Shown piece by piece: positions 17,337-24,832 of a stretch of 24,832 nt of DNA (positions are counted from its first letter, which is position 1; each line of letters begins with the position of its first letter). The translations under genes and the position numbers were made by a program. The notes under the pieces were generated by a model. That model was given only the letters and a program-made list of their open reading frames with translations. It did no database searches and was not told where the DNA came from. Source of the DNA: Thermoproteus sp. (GTDB lineage Archaea; Thermoproteota; Thermoprotei; Thermoproteales; Thermoproteaceae); assembly GCA_049976425.1 (NCBI GenBank), contig JBMFIG010000020.1, forward strand, positions 1-24,832, written 5' to 3'.

Positions 17337-17810
17337 TTATTTCTTCTTGCAGGCGGGGTCCACCAACGCGGCGACGAGGACGCCGAGGGCGGTCAATATA
17401 CCCGAGGGATCGGCCAGCCCGGCCTCTATTAACGAGGGAGGCGCGCCCCTCCTCTCCCCTCTGCACAGCTCCGCCAGTGCCCTCCTCTCCTCGGCGCTCA
17501 GCGCGTCGAGGTACGCCGCGGCGCCCCTCCTCTTCAGGCACCTGACGATGGCCTCCCCCGATCTGGACAGCTTGAAGTACACGTGGTGTTTTCTGACCTC
17601 GGGGCTGAGCTTCATCCTGGCCTTACTCCGCTTCAACACGTGTCCCCCCGCCCTCTCTATCAAGCCGGCCCTCTCGAGCTCGTCGAGGGCCGCGAGGACG
17701 GACGCCAGCGGGGCGCCGACGCCTCTGGCTATGGACTTGCCGTAGTCTATCCCGGCTCTCTTGAGGTGGAGCAGAATATCTACATAGAGTTTTTTCCTCA
17801 AAATATTCAT
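17337..17810 (-). CDS. DUF2250-like winged-helix protein
   Basis: ILLHLKRAGIDYGKSIAR, LDELERAGLIER and KRSKARMKLSPEVRKHHVYFKLS. Its start overlaps the stop of the DUF1634 gene. Confidence 0.7.
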   Translation of the reverse strand: MNILRKKLYVDILLHLKRAGIDYGKSIARGVGAPLASVLAALDELERAGLIERAGGHVLKRSKARMKLSPEVRKHHVYFKLSRSGEAIVRCLKRRGAAAYLDALSAEERRALAELCRGERRGAPPSLIEAGLADPSGILTALGVLVAALVDPACKKK

Positions 17811-18184
17811 TTAAGGAGAATAGGAATTATAAATATAGCGAAGAATAAATTGAACAAGACAATAGAGGTTATCGCTACGTAGATATAGTTCCGCTCCCTC
17901 GCGAACTGTATAAGGCCCATGACGACTCTCAAGACCGGCGTCGCGATCAGCACCATTAAGCCCAGCAGTATCACGTCGAGGCCGTTGAGCGCGGCGCTCC
18001 CCGAGAGGACCTGCGTTGGGCTTATCGACGAGGTGTTGATGAGGGAGCGCGGGTAGGACAGCTGTTGCAGTATGTGCGGCGCAGGCGGCTTCACGACCAG
18101 CAGGGCGACGCCCGCCGCTATCAGGACTACGCTGATTATCACGCCGATCCTCAAGGTGTACCCGATTACGTCTTCGAGATCCAT
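17807..18184 (-). CDS. DUF1634 family membrane protein
   Basis: IGYTLRIGVIIS and GLMVLIATPVLRV motifs. Directly downstream of a TSUP gene, its usual context. Confidence 0.82.
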   Translation of the reverse strand: MDLEDVIGYTLRIGVIISVVLIAAGVALLVVKPPAPHILQQLSYPRSLINTSSISPTQVLSGSAALNGLDVILLGLMVLIATPVLRVVMGLIQFARERNYIYVAITSIVLFNLFFAIFIIPILLK

Positions 18185-18185
18185 A

Positions 18186-19046
18186 TCAAGGATAGAGGCC
18201 CAGCCCTCTTAACAACATCTGGACGCCCAATATGGCCAGTATCGCCATGAAGATATAGCGTATGGTCACGTTCCTGAGCTTCAGAAGCACCTTGCTCCCC
18301 ACGAAAGATCCGGCGAGGACGCCTATGGCCGTCGCGGCGGCGAAGTAGGGCTGTATGTAGCCGAAGAACCAGTAGATGGAGCTGCCGGTGGCGGCCGTCA
18401 CGCCGATCATGAAGTTGCTGGTCGTCGTCGAGACCTTCATGGGGAGGTTCATGGCCCAGTCCATGCCGAGGACCTTCAACGCGCCGCTGCCGATGCCCAA
18501 CAGGCCCGATATGACGCCGGCGGCGAACATTATCAGCTCGCCGAGCCACCACCTGACCCCGTGGTAGTCCACCTCTCTGCCGAGCGCCGGGTCGTAGTAG
18601 CGGCCGTATAGCTGTAGCCACTTGGTCCACCTATCGGGCGGCTTGGGCTCCGGAAGCTCGAACTTGGAGCGGGTTATCTGGGTGTAGATAGAGCCGAGGA
18701 GGACTATGCCGAATATCACGTAGATGACGTGTTGGAGGTTGTGGGCGTAGACCCAGGCGGCGGTCAGAGAGCCCACTATGGAGCCGCTGGTGGTCGCTAT
18801 CTCCAGCGACATGCCTATCCTCACGTTGGTCACCCTATCGCGGACGTAGGCGGATCCGGCCCCGCTCGACGTGGCGATCGTCGAGATCAAGCTGGACCCC
18901 GCCGCGTACTGTATCGGTATCCCTATAAAAAGCACGTAGATAGGCACGAGGAACGTGGCGCCGCCTAGGCCCGTCAACGAGCCCATGAAGCCGGCCGCCA
19001 TGCTGGTCAGAGCCAGCACGACGAAGAGCGCCAAGGCGTCGAGCAC
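18186..19046 (-). CDS. Sulfite exporter TauE/SafE (TSUP) family transporter
   Basis: Motifs GSLTGLGGA, SGLLGIGSGALKV and KVSTTTSNFMIGVTAA, with multiple TM segments. Confidence 0.9.
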   Translation of the reverse strand: MLDALALFVVLALTSMAAGFMGSLTGLGGATFLVPIYVLFIGIPIQYAAGSSLISTIATSSGAGSAYVRDRVTNVRIGMSLEIATTSGSIVGSLTAAWVYAHNLQHVIYVIFGIVLLGSIYTQITRSKFELPEPKPPDRWTKWLQLYGRYYDPALGREVDYHGVRWWLGELIMFAAGVISGLLGIGSGALKVLGMDWAMNLPMKVSTTTSNFMIGVTAATGSSIYWFFGYIQPYFAAATAIGVLAGSFVGSKVLLKLRNVTIRYIFMAILAILGVQMLLRGLGLYP

Positions 19047-19119
19047 GGCCCTCCCAACTCCCCGAAATAAAAACTTTGTTCACGGAGGAGCATTTATATA
19101 GCTAGATCAACGCCCACGA

Positions 19120-19941
19120 GTGGAGACGCTAGAGCCGCTCTACGAGGTGGGGGTCAAGCTCATAGACGAGGTCATGCCGAGGTACGACAAGGTGGCCAAG
19201 GCGTGGGGCATCCTCACGTCCGACGAGGAGATAGAGGCGTACCTAGAGATGTCCAACGTCTTCACGGTCAAGCGCCTTCACTACAACGACCACGGCCCGG
19301 TCCACTCGAGGATAGTGGCGGGGAGCGCCATGGCGATATACAAGGTCCTCTACGAGGGGGGCTTCAAGCCGAGCGTGGTCAAGGACGGCGTCGGCGATCT
19401 GGAGGACTCCCTCGTGGTGACCCTGGTGGGGGCCTACCTCCACGATATAGGCAACAGCGTCCACAGGACCCACCACCCCATATACTCCGCCATGATAGCC
19501 GACAAGGTGGCCATGAAGGTCCTGGAGCCCATATACGGCGCCACGAAGAAGGCCTACATGCTCAAGCAGGAGGTCATGCACGTGGTGTTCTGCCACGACG
19601 AGGCCTACAACTGCCTCACCTTCGAAGGCGCCGTGGCCAAGATAGCCGACGGCACCGACATGGCCGAGGGGAGGGCCAGAATGCCCTACGAGATAGGGAA
19701 AAACGACATACACGCCCTCTCGGCGCTGGCCATCAGGCGCGTCTACGTGGGCAGAGGCAAGGAGCGGCCCCTGGCCATATACGTCTACATGGACTCGGAG
19801 ACCGGCATATTCCAGGTAGACGAGGTGCTCGGCAAGAAGATAGCGACGTCGGGGCTGGCGCCCTACGTCGAGGTCCGCACCTTCGTCCAAGGCAGGCCTT
19901 GGATAGTCAGGACTTTCGAGACAACCCACGTCATAAGGTGA
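19120..19941 (+). CDS. HD-superfamily phosphohydrolase
   Basis: Motifs YNDHGPVH, YLHDIGN, CHD and IADGTDMAEGRAR. TTTATATA at 19093-19100. Confidence 0.87.
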   Translation: METLEPLYEVGVKLIDEVMPRYDKVAKAWGILTSDEEIEAYLEMSNVFTVKRLHYNDHGPVHSRIVAGSAMAIYKVLYEGGFKPSVVKDGVGDLEDSLVVTLVGAYLHDIGNSVHRTHHPIYSAMIADKVAMKVLEPIYGATKKAYMLKQEVMHVVFCHDEAYNCLTFEGAVAKIADGTDMAEGRARMPYEIGKNDIHALSALAIRRVYVGRGKERPLAIYVYMDSETGIFQVDEVLGKKIATSGLAPYVEVRTFVQGRPWIVRTFETTHVIR

Positions 19942-19948
19942 CGGGGCC

Positions 19949-20920
19949 TCACTCCAGCTTGATTATCCGGGAAGCCCTCTCGAGATCCGCCCTCACGACC
20001 TCCACGAAGGCCTTGGCCCTATAGCAAGGAGGGGCGCCGTCCAGTATGGGCACCACCTTTATGTAGAATTCGTACTCGCCCTCGCCCGCCAGCCCGTCGA
20101 GGCTCTTGGACACGTCCCTCAGCTTGTTTATCTGGGCCCCCTCTATCGGGTCCGCCACGGCGGCGAGGCCCACCAGCTTGTTGGTCTCCCTCACCACGAC
20201 GCCGTAGAGGCCCTCCCTGGCCTTGACCAGCGCCAGATGCATCGGCAGGATCGATATGTCGAGCTTCTCGAAGAGATCGGCGGCGCCGTATATGGCCCTC
20301 TCCACGAGAGCCCCGGCGCAGGAGGCCAGAGAGGCCTTGTCGACGCAGTTGAAGCTACACGGCGTACACGGCGGGTGGATGGCCCTGACGAGGTCGGCCG
20401 TGTACTTGGCCTCGTCCGGCCTAGGCGACTTGCCGTAGCTCCTCAACACGGCGTCCACCGCCTCGGCCAGCCCGTCGCACCCGTCGCCCAGCCTCTCGAC
20501 TATGTCCCTAATGACGCAGTTCTTGAGCGCCGCGTCCCTAAGGGCCGCGAGGGCCTCGCGCCGCCTCCCCTCGTGGAAGAGCCTGCCCATCTCCAGGGCC
20601 TGCCGCGAGAAGACGCCCCCCGCAGACAGGCCCAAGGCGCTGAGCGTCGGCGTGATGGTCCTCGCCAGGCTCTTGCTGAGGCCCAGCCTCTCGAGGTACC
20701 TCCCCACCACGGCCCCGACCTCCGCCTCGCCTCTTAGGTAGGACAGGTAGGCCTCGGCCGCTATCTCCAGAAGCCTGTCGGGAGGCACCCTTATGTACCA
20801 GGAGTTGTAGACGCATTTGGCCTCAAGCGCCGATCTGAGCTCGGCGCAGAGCGCCTCCAGCTCGGCCAAGCTCCTCACCTCGTAGAGCCGCTCGCCCACC
20901 TTTACCTGCACGTCAAGCAC
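19949..20920 (-). CDS. Hypothetical protein
   Basis: Long ORF with host-like codon use that fills the gap exactly, with a CTPCSFNC cluster. The start may be the GTG at 20911, which fits the TTATTAA box at 20933-20939 better. Confidence 0.7.
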   Translation of the reverse strand: MLDVQVKVGERLYEVRSLAELEALCAELRSALEAKCVYNSWYIRVPPDRLLEIAAEAYLSYLRGEAEVGAVVGRYLERLGLSKSLARTITPTLSALGLSAGGVFSRQALEMGRLFHEGRRREALAALRDAALKNCVIRDIVERLGDGCDGLAEAVDAVLRSYGKSPRPDEAKYTADLVRAIHPPCTPCSFNCVDKASLASCAGALVERAIYGAADLFEKLDISILPMHLALVKAREGLYGVVVRETNKLVGLAAVADPIEGAQINKLRDVSKSLDGLAGEGEYEFYIKVVPILDGAPPCYRAKAFVEVVRADLERASRIIKLE

Positions 20921-20962
20921 CGACGGCGCAAATTATTAAGTGCCGCGCAGGCAGGGAAATAC

Positions 20963-21337
20963 ATGGATAATAAGCTCCGCGCCGCCGTCTTGGACGCTCT
21001 GGCGAGGGGAGACGCCGAGGAGGCCAGGAGGTTGCTGGCCGAGGTGCACCGCGAGAAGACGTACGTCCTAGGCGACCACTACCTGGGCAGAGACGCCGCC
21101 GGCGAGGCGGCGCGGCTACACGCCCTCCACATAGCGCTCCTCTCGTTGCTCTACGGCCGCGTAGAGGCCGGGGGGATAACCGGCGCCGACCTGGCCCTAG
21201 CGTCGGCCTTCGCCAAGGCCCGCGCCGACTGCGGCCCCGTGGAGCCGCCCCAAGTCCCCGAGGGGCTGGCCGACCTCTACCGGCTAGTAGCAGAGGAGCT
21301 GGCGAGGCTGGCGAGGGAGCTATGCTCGAGGAGCTGA
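20963..21337 (+). CDS. Hypothetical small helical protein
   Basis: ATG lies 24 nt after TTATTAA (20933-20939). Host-like codon use, Ala/Leu-rich. Confidence 0.7.
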   Translation: MDNKLRAAVLDALARGDAEEARRLLAEVHREKTYVLGDHYLGRDAAGEAARLHALHIALLSLLYGRVEAGGITGADLALASAFAKARADCGPVEPPQVPEGLADLYRLVAEELARLARELCSRS

Positions 21338-21495
21338 TAGAGAGGGCCGAGGAGGCGGCCAGGAGGAGCGGACGCCGCGGCTGGGCCCTAGTGAGGCTGT
21401 CCGACTTGGCGATAGTCGGCGTGTTCCAGACGCCGGCGGAGGCCAGAAAGGCCGCTAAGGAGCCCGGCCTCTACCTGCTGACCGAGGTAGGCTGA
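21322..21495 (+). CDS. Small 57-aa hypothetical protein (not in the ORF track)
   Basis: Hand translation gives MLEELIERAEEAARRSGRRGWALVRLSDLAIVGVFQTPAEARKAAKEPGLYLLTEVG. GGGAG precedes the ATG, it overlaps the upstream gene by 16 nt, and it uses typical GAG/AGG/ATA codons. Confidence 0.7.
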   Translation: MLEELIERAEEAARRSGRRGWALVRLSDLAIVGVFQTPAEARKAAKEPGLYLLTEVG

Positions 21496-21611
21496 CGCCC
21501 CCGCTGAGGCGATCAACCCAGCAGTATATAGAGGCGGAGACGCCTCCCAGCCAGCTAGGAGCCTCTGTCTAATCCAGGAACCAACAACTACTTTCCACTC
21601 GTAAACTGCTA

Positions 21612-21627
21612 CGTAAAATATTTATAC
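21612..21627 (+). promoter_or_regulatory. BRE/TATA promoter of the surface-protein operon
   Basis: CGTAAAATA followed by TTTATA (21621-21626), 22-27 nt upstream of the ATG at 21648. Confidence 0.65.
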
Positions 21628-21647
21628 AGCTCAACTATGTAAAGCGC

Positions 21648-22259
21648 ATGGACAAGAGAAGGCTCGGACTGCTGGCGTTCGCCGGCCTGGCGCTGGCCGC
21701 CATATCTCTGGCGGCTTTGCAGTTCACCAACGTGACCAACTGGCAGGTAAACGCCACGTTGCCTCCCGCCATGAAGTACGCCGGCTTAGACACGGGCATC
21801 ACCGGCAGAAGCGACGGCTCCGGCTATGACAAATACATATACGTGAGTTGGACCACCGATGAGTACGGCCGCAACGTTACCCAGATCTCCATAGTGGGCT
21901 TCACGGGCGATATAACGAACTATACAAATGCCATAAGGGTATGTAACTACTACTACGACGGTTCCCTCACCGTAAACATAACGTACAGGGGGCCTGTCGG
22001 CCCACCGTCTCCGTATGTACAACGGTTTATTGTATATAACGGAAGTAATTGGGTCGGTTTCTATACTATCAACGGGACAGTCTACACCAGGCCCGGACCC
22101 GTTACCGTGGACAAAATATCAAAGGGCGGTTGCATAAATTTAGGCGTATCGGTCTTGGTCGATCCCAGCGCCTATAGCACCGACCCCACGAAGAACTTCG
22201 CAAACGGAAAGACGGTCTTGGCCACGTACGAGGTCGATATAATATTCTCGACTAAATGA
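21648..22259 (+). CDS. Secreted beta-rich glycoprotein; candidate filament subunit (archaeal bundling pilin/TasA-like)
   Basis: Class I signal peptide ending SLA-A, with a mature N-terminus (A)LQFTNVTNWQVNAT shaped like an extended beta strand. Many sequons (NVT twice, NAT, NYT, NIT, NGS, NGT), two Cys, a terminal strand ATYEVDIIFS and no C-terminal TM. The CDS is solid; the filament call is from recalled resemblance only. Confidence 0.55.
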   Translation: MDKRRLGLLAFAGLALAAISLAALQFTNVTNWQVNATLPPAMKYAGLDTGITGRSDGSGYDKYIYVSWTTDEYGRNVTQISIVGFTGDITNYTNAIRVCNYYYDGSLTVNITYRGPVGPPSPYVQRFIVYNGSNWVGFYTINGTVYTRPGPVTVDKISKGGCINLGVSVLVDPSAYSTDPTKNFANGKTVLATYEVDIIFSTK

Positions 22260-23497
22260 GACAAATCAAGCGTTTTTTCGTCTCCCTACTTCCCTTTCTG
22301 GTTTTTCTCATATCGGTGGCCTCCCCCTCGGGGGAGTACGTCTTCAAGGCGGCCCAGCCGGCACTGCTCCCCCAGCCGTCGCCGCCGCCCTACGCGGCGT
22401 TTAGGAACGGGACGTTCTACCTCTACAGCTCGCCCTTCGGGACGTGGAGGTACCCAGGGCTCATCCCCATCGACGTGGAGTCCCCCCTGGTCTACGTCAA
22501 CTCGGACTGCCCCTTCGGCCTGCCGACGTACCTGAGGGGACCTGGGGAGTACAGGCTGGACGTCTTCGTCCCGCCGGGCTACCAAGGGACCTGCAGGGTT
22601 GAGTTCCTCTACGCCTCCTGGAAGGCGAGCTACTCCTTTAGGGTCAAGGAGATAGACTGGTACCCCAACGTCGACACGAGAGTCGCCGTGGTGATCAACG
22701 GATCGGGCTGGCAGTTGCTCCAGCTGGCGCCCGACGGGACGCTCTACGCCTGGAACGTCGCGGTCGGCCAGCTCCCGCTCGCCGGATGCGTCGTGGAGCG
22801 GGGCGGCTCGCTCCTCGTGGCCCAGCCGATCCCCTACGCCCAGCTGGCCCCCGGCGTTTTGGTGAACGGCTCGCCTCTCTGGATCCCCGCGGAGGGCGGC
22901 GCTCCCTGGTATACGTTCCTCCTAGACCTCTCGGGCAGCGCCACTATCTACGTCTATCCGGCTCCCTGCCTCGCGGTCGAGGCGCCTCCGGCGCCCGCCG
23001 TCGACGTCCCCGCGATCGCGTCGTCCAACGACATAGGCCTTATCGGCGCGCCGAGGCCCACAGCGTACTTGCTGGCGAAGCCCAAGCTGTCTGTGGCCTA
23101 CACGATAGAGGGGCCTGTGGCGACGGTGGTGGCGGCCAACGGCTCCTCCATAGCCGACACAGTGTATATATACGGGTTCGGCACCTCCGTGGGCATGTAC
23201 TCTTTGCTCTACTACGTCGACTTCACCCCGACGGCCTACCTCACGTCGGATCTGGTCCTCTTCGGCTCTAGGCCTCCGGCCGGCCGCCTAGGCCCCTTCT
23301 GGGTCTTCCCCCAGAACGGCACGACGTACTACTACCTAGGCCCCATGGCCCCCTACACGCGCAACGCGCCTCTGCCATTCGGCGCGCCGTCCGGCTGGGC
23401 GGGGCCCTTCGTAGTAATAGCCGACAGGACGGGTCGGTGGGGCGGCCTCCCGCAGATAGTGTCGGTATCTGTCGAGAGGCTGAGGCCATGGAGCTGA
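22256..23497 (+). CDS. Hypothetical secreted Pro/Tyr/Gly-rich beta protein
   Basis: Signal peptide MRQIKRFFVSLLPFLVFLISVA. Its start overlaps the upstream stop. Two Cys pairs, several sequons and a Pro/Ala linker (EAPPAPAVDVPA). Confidence 0.75.
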   Translation: MRQIKRFFVSLLPFLVFLISVASPSGEYVFKAAQPALLPQPSPPPYAAFRNGTFYLYSSPFGTWRYPGLIPIDVESPLVYVNSDCPFGLPTYLRGPGEYRLDVFVPPGYQGTCRVEFLYASWKASYSFRVKEIDWYPNVDTRVAVVINGSGWQLLQLAPDGTLYAWNVAVGQLPLAGCVVERGGSLLVAQPIPYAQLAPGVLVNGSPLWIPAEGGAPWYTFLLDLSGSATIYVYPAPCLAVEAPPAPAVDVPAIASSNDIGLIGAPRPTAYLLAKPKLSVAYTIEGPVATVVAANGSSIADTVYIYGFGTSVGMYSLLYYVDFTPTAYLTSDLVLFGSRPPAGRLGPFWVFPQNGTTYYYLGPMAPYTRNAPLPFGAPSGWAGPFVVIADRTGRWGGLPQIVSVSVERLRPWS

Positions 23498-23883
23498 TCC
23501 CGCTCCTCGCCGGGCTGGTCTGGGGCCTCGCGCTGGCAGTGGCGAGGCAGTGGGCCGAGCAGAAGGCCGCGGGGAGCGCCGGCCGCTCGGAGTCGTTCCC
23601 CGATAGAGACGCCGCGACGGCCTTCATAATATTCGGCACGGCGGCCAACGTCTACTCGGCCTTGCTCATAGCGTCCGGGGCGCCTCAGGTATACGCCAGG
23701 CTCTCGGCCTTGATAGCGCTGGCGCTCGTCGCGGCGAGCCAGCTCTTGATATTCGTGTTGGCGCTCCACCCCTCCAGGCGCGACCTCGACGTAGCGCTCG
23801 TCGCCAGCGCGCCGTATGTCTACCTCACCGCGCTCTGGGCAGCGGCGCAGATGGCGGGGCAGTACACGCTCTGGCTGTTCTGA
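23488..23883 (+). CDS. Hypothetical small integral membrane protein (about 4 TM)
   Basis: Start moved to the ATG at 23488 (MELIPLLAGLVWG), preceded by TGAGG and overlapping the upstream gene end. Four hydrophobic segments. Confidence 0.72.
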   Translation: MELIPLLAGLVWGLALAVARQWAEQKAAGSAGRSESFPDRDAATAFIIFGTAANVYSALLIASGAPQVYARLSALIALALVAASQLLIFVLALHPSRRDLDVALVASAPYVYLTALWAAAQMAGQYTLWLF

Positions 23884-23884
23884 C

Positions 23885-24235
23885 ATGGACCCCGTCCTCG
23901 CCATCTTGATAGGCGCCGCCCTCGCGCTGACGCCGTTGCTGGCCTTGATGTACCAAGGCTCCGAGATCGACTACGTCAGGGCCGCCGGGCTCCTCGCCTC
24001 CTTCGCCGACGGATTCGTGTTGGGGGTCCTGGCCCAGCTGTGGGGCCAGTTCTACGTCAGGCTGACGTACCTGCTCGCGCTGGGGCTCATGGCGGTTTCT
24101 CTGGCCTACTCCTGGTGGGGCATCTACAGGAGGTGGTGGACGGCCTACCTCTTCGCGGCATCCGGCTGGGCGTACCTCGTCGTGCTCCTCGCAGTGGCGC
24201 GGGCGCTGGGCCTGCCCGACCCCTTCCTTATATGA
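23885..24235 (+). CDS. Hypothetical small integral membrane protein (about 4 TM)
   Basis: Start moved to the ATG at 23885 (MDPVLAILIGAA), 1 nt after the upstream stop. Four hydrophobic segments, Trp/Tyr-rich. Confidence 0.72.
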   Translation: MDPVLAILIGAALALTPLLALMYQGSEIDYVRAAGLLASFADGFVLGVLAQLWGQFYVRLTYLLALGLMAVSLAYSWWGIYRRWWTAYLFAASGWAYLVVLLAVARALGLPDPFLI

Positions 24236-24272
24236 CTACGCAAAATATATATTCGGCCGCGTCGGTGTGGAT

Positions 24273-24832
24273 ATGTTCAACGTGACGGTAGTCGCCGTGT
24301 TGCTGCCGCTGGCCGTATACCCCATACACCTGTACCTGCCGGGCAACTACACCGTATACCCCCACCTCCCGCCCTTCTGCGCGCCCAACCAGCCCTTCCA
24401 GGCGTCGGGCGAGGCCGTCATAACCTGCGTGAACCCCACGAACAAGACGGTCGAGGTTAGGGGCTACGTAGCGGTCCAGAGCCAGACGCCCCCTCCGCCG
24501 CCTCCGCCTCCGCCCCAGTCGTTGCCCGTTGCGGCTGTCGCGGCTGTGGCCGGGGCCGCCGCGGCTACGCAGATAGGCCTCAACAGGAGGGAGTGGGCCC
24601 TCGCGGCTCTTGCGCCCATAATCGGCCGCTACAAGAGAGCGACGGCGGACGATCCCCTTAGGAGGCAGATCGTCGAGGCTGTGCAGAGGATGGGCGCCGC
24701 CACTCTTTCCCAGATAGCTAAGGCCGTGGGCAGGAGCTGGGGGGCCGTCCAGTGGCACGTCTACGTGCTGGAGAGGGAGGGGAAGCTGAAGTCCGTGAAG
24801 GTGGGCCCCTTCACCTACTACTATGTGGACAG
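24273..24832 (+). CDS. Membrane-tethered winged-helix transcriptional regulator (runs off the right edge; not in the ORF track)
   Basis: Hand translation gives MFNVTVVAVLLPLAVYP...FCAPNQ...TCVNPTNKTV...T-P9-QSLPVAAVAAVAGAAAATQIG...DDPLRRQIVEAVQRMGAATLSQIAKAVGRSWGAVQWHVYVLEREGKLKSVKVGPFTYYYVD, ending in a clear ArsR-like wHTH. ATATATAT box at 24245-24252. Confidence 0.8.
   Translation, partial: MFNVTVVAVLLPLAVYPIHLYLPGNYTVYPHLPPFCAPNQPFQASGEAVITCVNPTNKTVEVRGYVAVQSQTPPPPPPPPPQSLPVAAVAAVAGAAAATQIGLNRREWALAALAPIIGRYKRATADDPLRRQIVEAVQRMGAATLSQIAKAVGRSWGAVQWHVYVLEREGKLKSVKVGPFTYYYVD

Noticed and set aside
17317-17541. N-terminal extension of CutA (apparent fusion)
   Set aside because: It overlaps the DUF2250-like gene. 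The ATG at 17316 gives a normal-length CutA.
21648-21720. Tat signal (KRRLGLL) or class III type IV pilin signal in the pilin candidate; also RRR in the 1767-2399 ORF near tatA
   Set aside because: Neither fits S/T-R-R-x-F-L well. The hydrophobic stretch followed by SLA-A fits signal peptidase I cleavage better.
1-24832. CRISPR array, tRNA or rRNA genes, integrase or provirus
   Set aside because: No regularly spaced repeats, cloverleaf or rRNA signatures, or integrase and viral motifs were seen.

Overview
GC-rich chromosomal window from an archaeon, most likely a hyperthermophilic crenarchaeon of the Thermoproteales (Thermoproteus/Pyrobaculum-like). This is inferred from GatD, a class II LysRS, frequent AGG/ATA codons and TATA boxes about 20-27 nt before start codons, which implies leaderless mRNAs. 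Most of the window is housekeeping: gatD, tatA, a MobA-like gene, lysS, PMM/PGM, DUF763, Ard1/RimI, apgM, cutA, a TSUP-DUF1634-DUF2250 cluster and an HD hydrolase. Accessory content: (i) the 5' part of a probable tnpB-only IS200/IS605-family element with its end hairpin at the left edge, missing from the ORF track; (ii) a membrane-anchored GH12 glycanase; (iii) two tandem paralogous surface proteins with divergent ectodomains and a near-identical C-terminal anchor; (iv) a processive GT2 glycan synthase with an AT-rich N-terminus packed with N-glycosylation sequons; (v) a structured 195-nt intergenic region that may be an ncRNA; (vi) at the right end, a cluster with a candidate filament subunit (bundling-pilus/TasA-like), a large secreted protein, two small membrane proteins and a membrane-tethered winged-helix regulator, the last also missing from the ORF track. 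Cluster (vi) is the best candidate for an undescribed system. All family calls come from motif recognition by eye; no searches were run.
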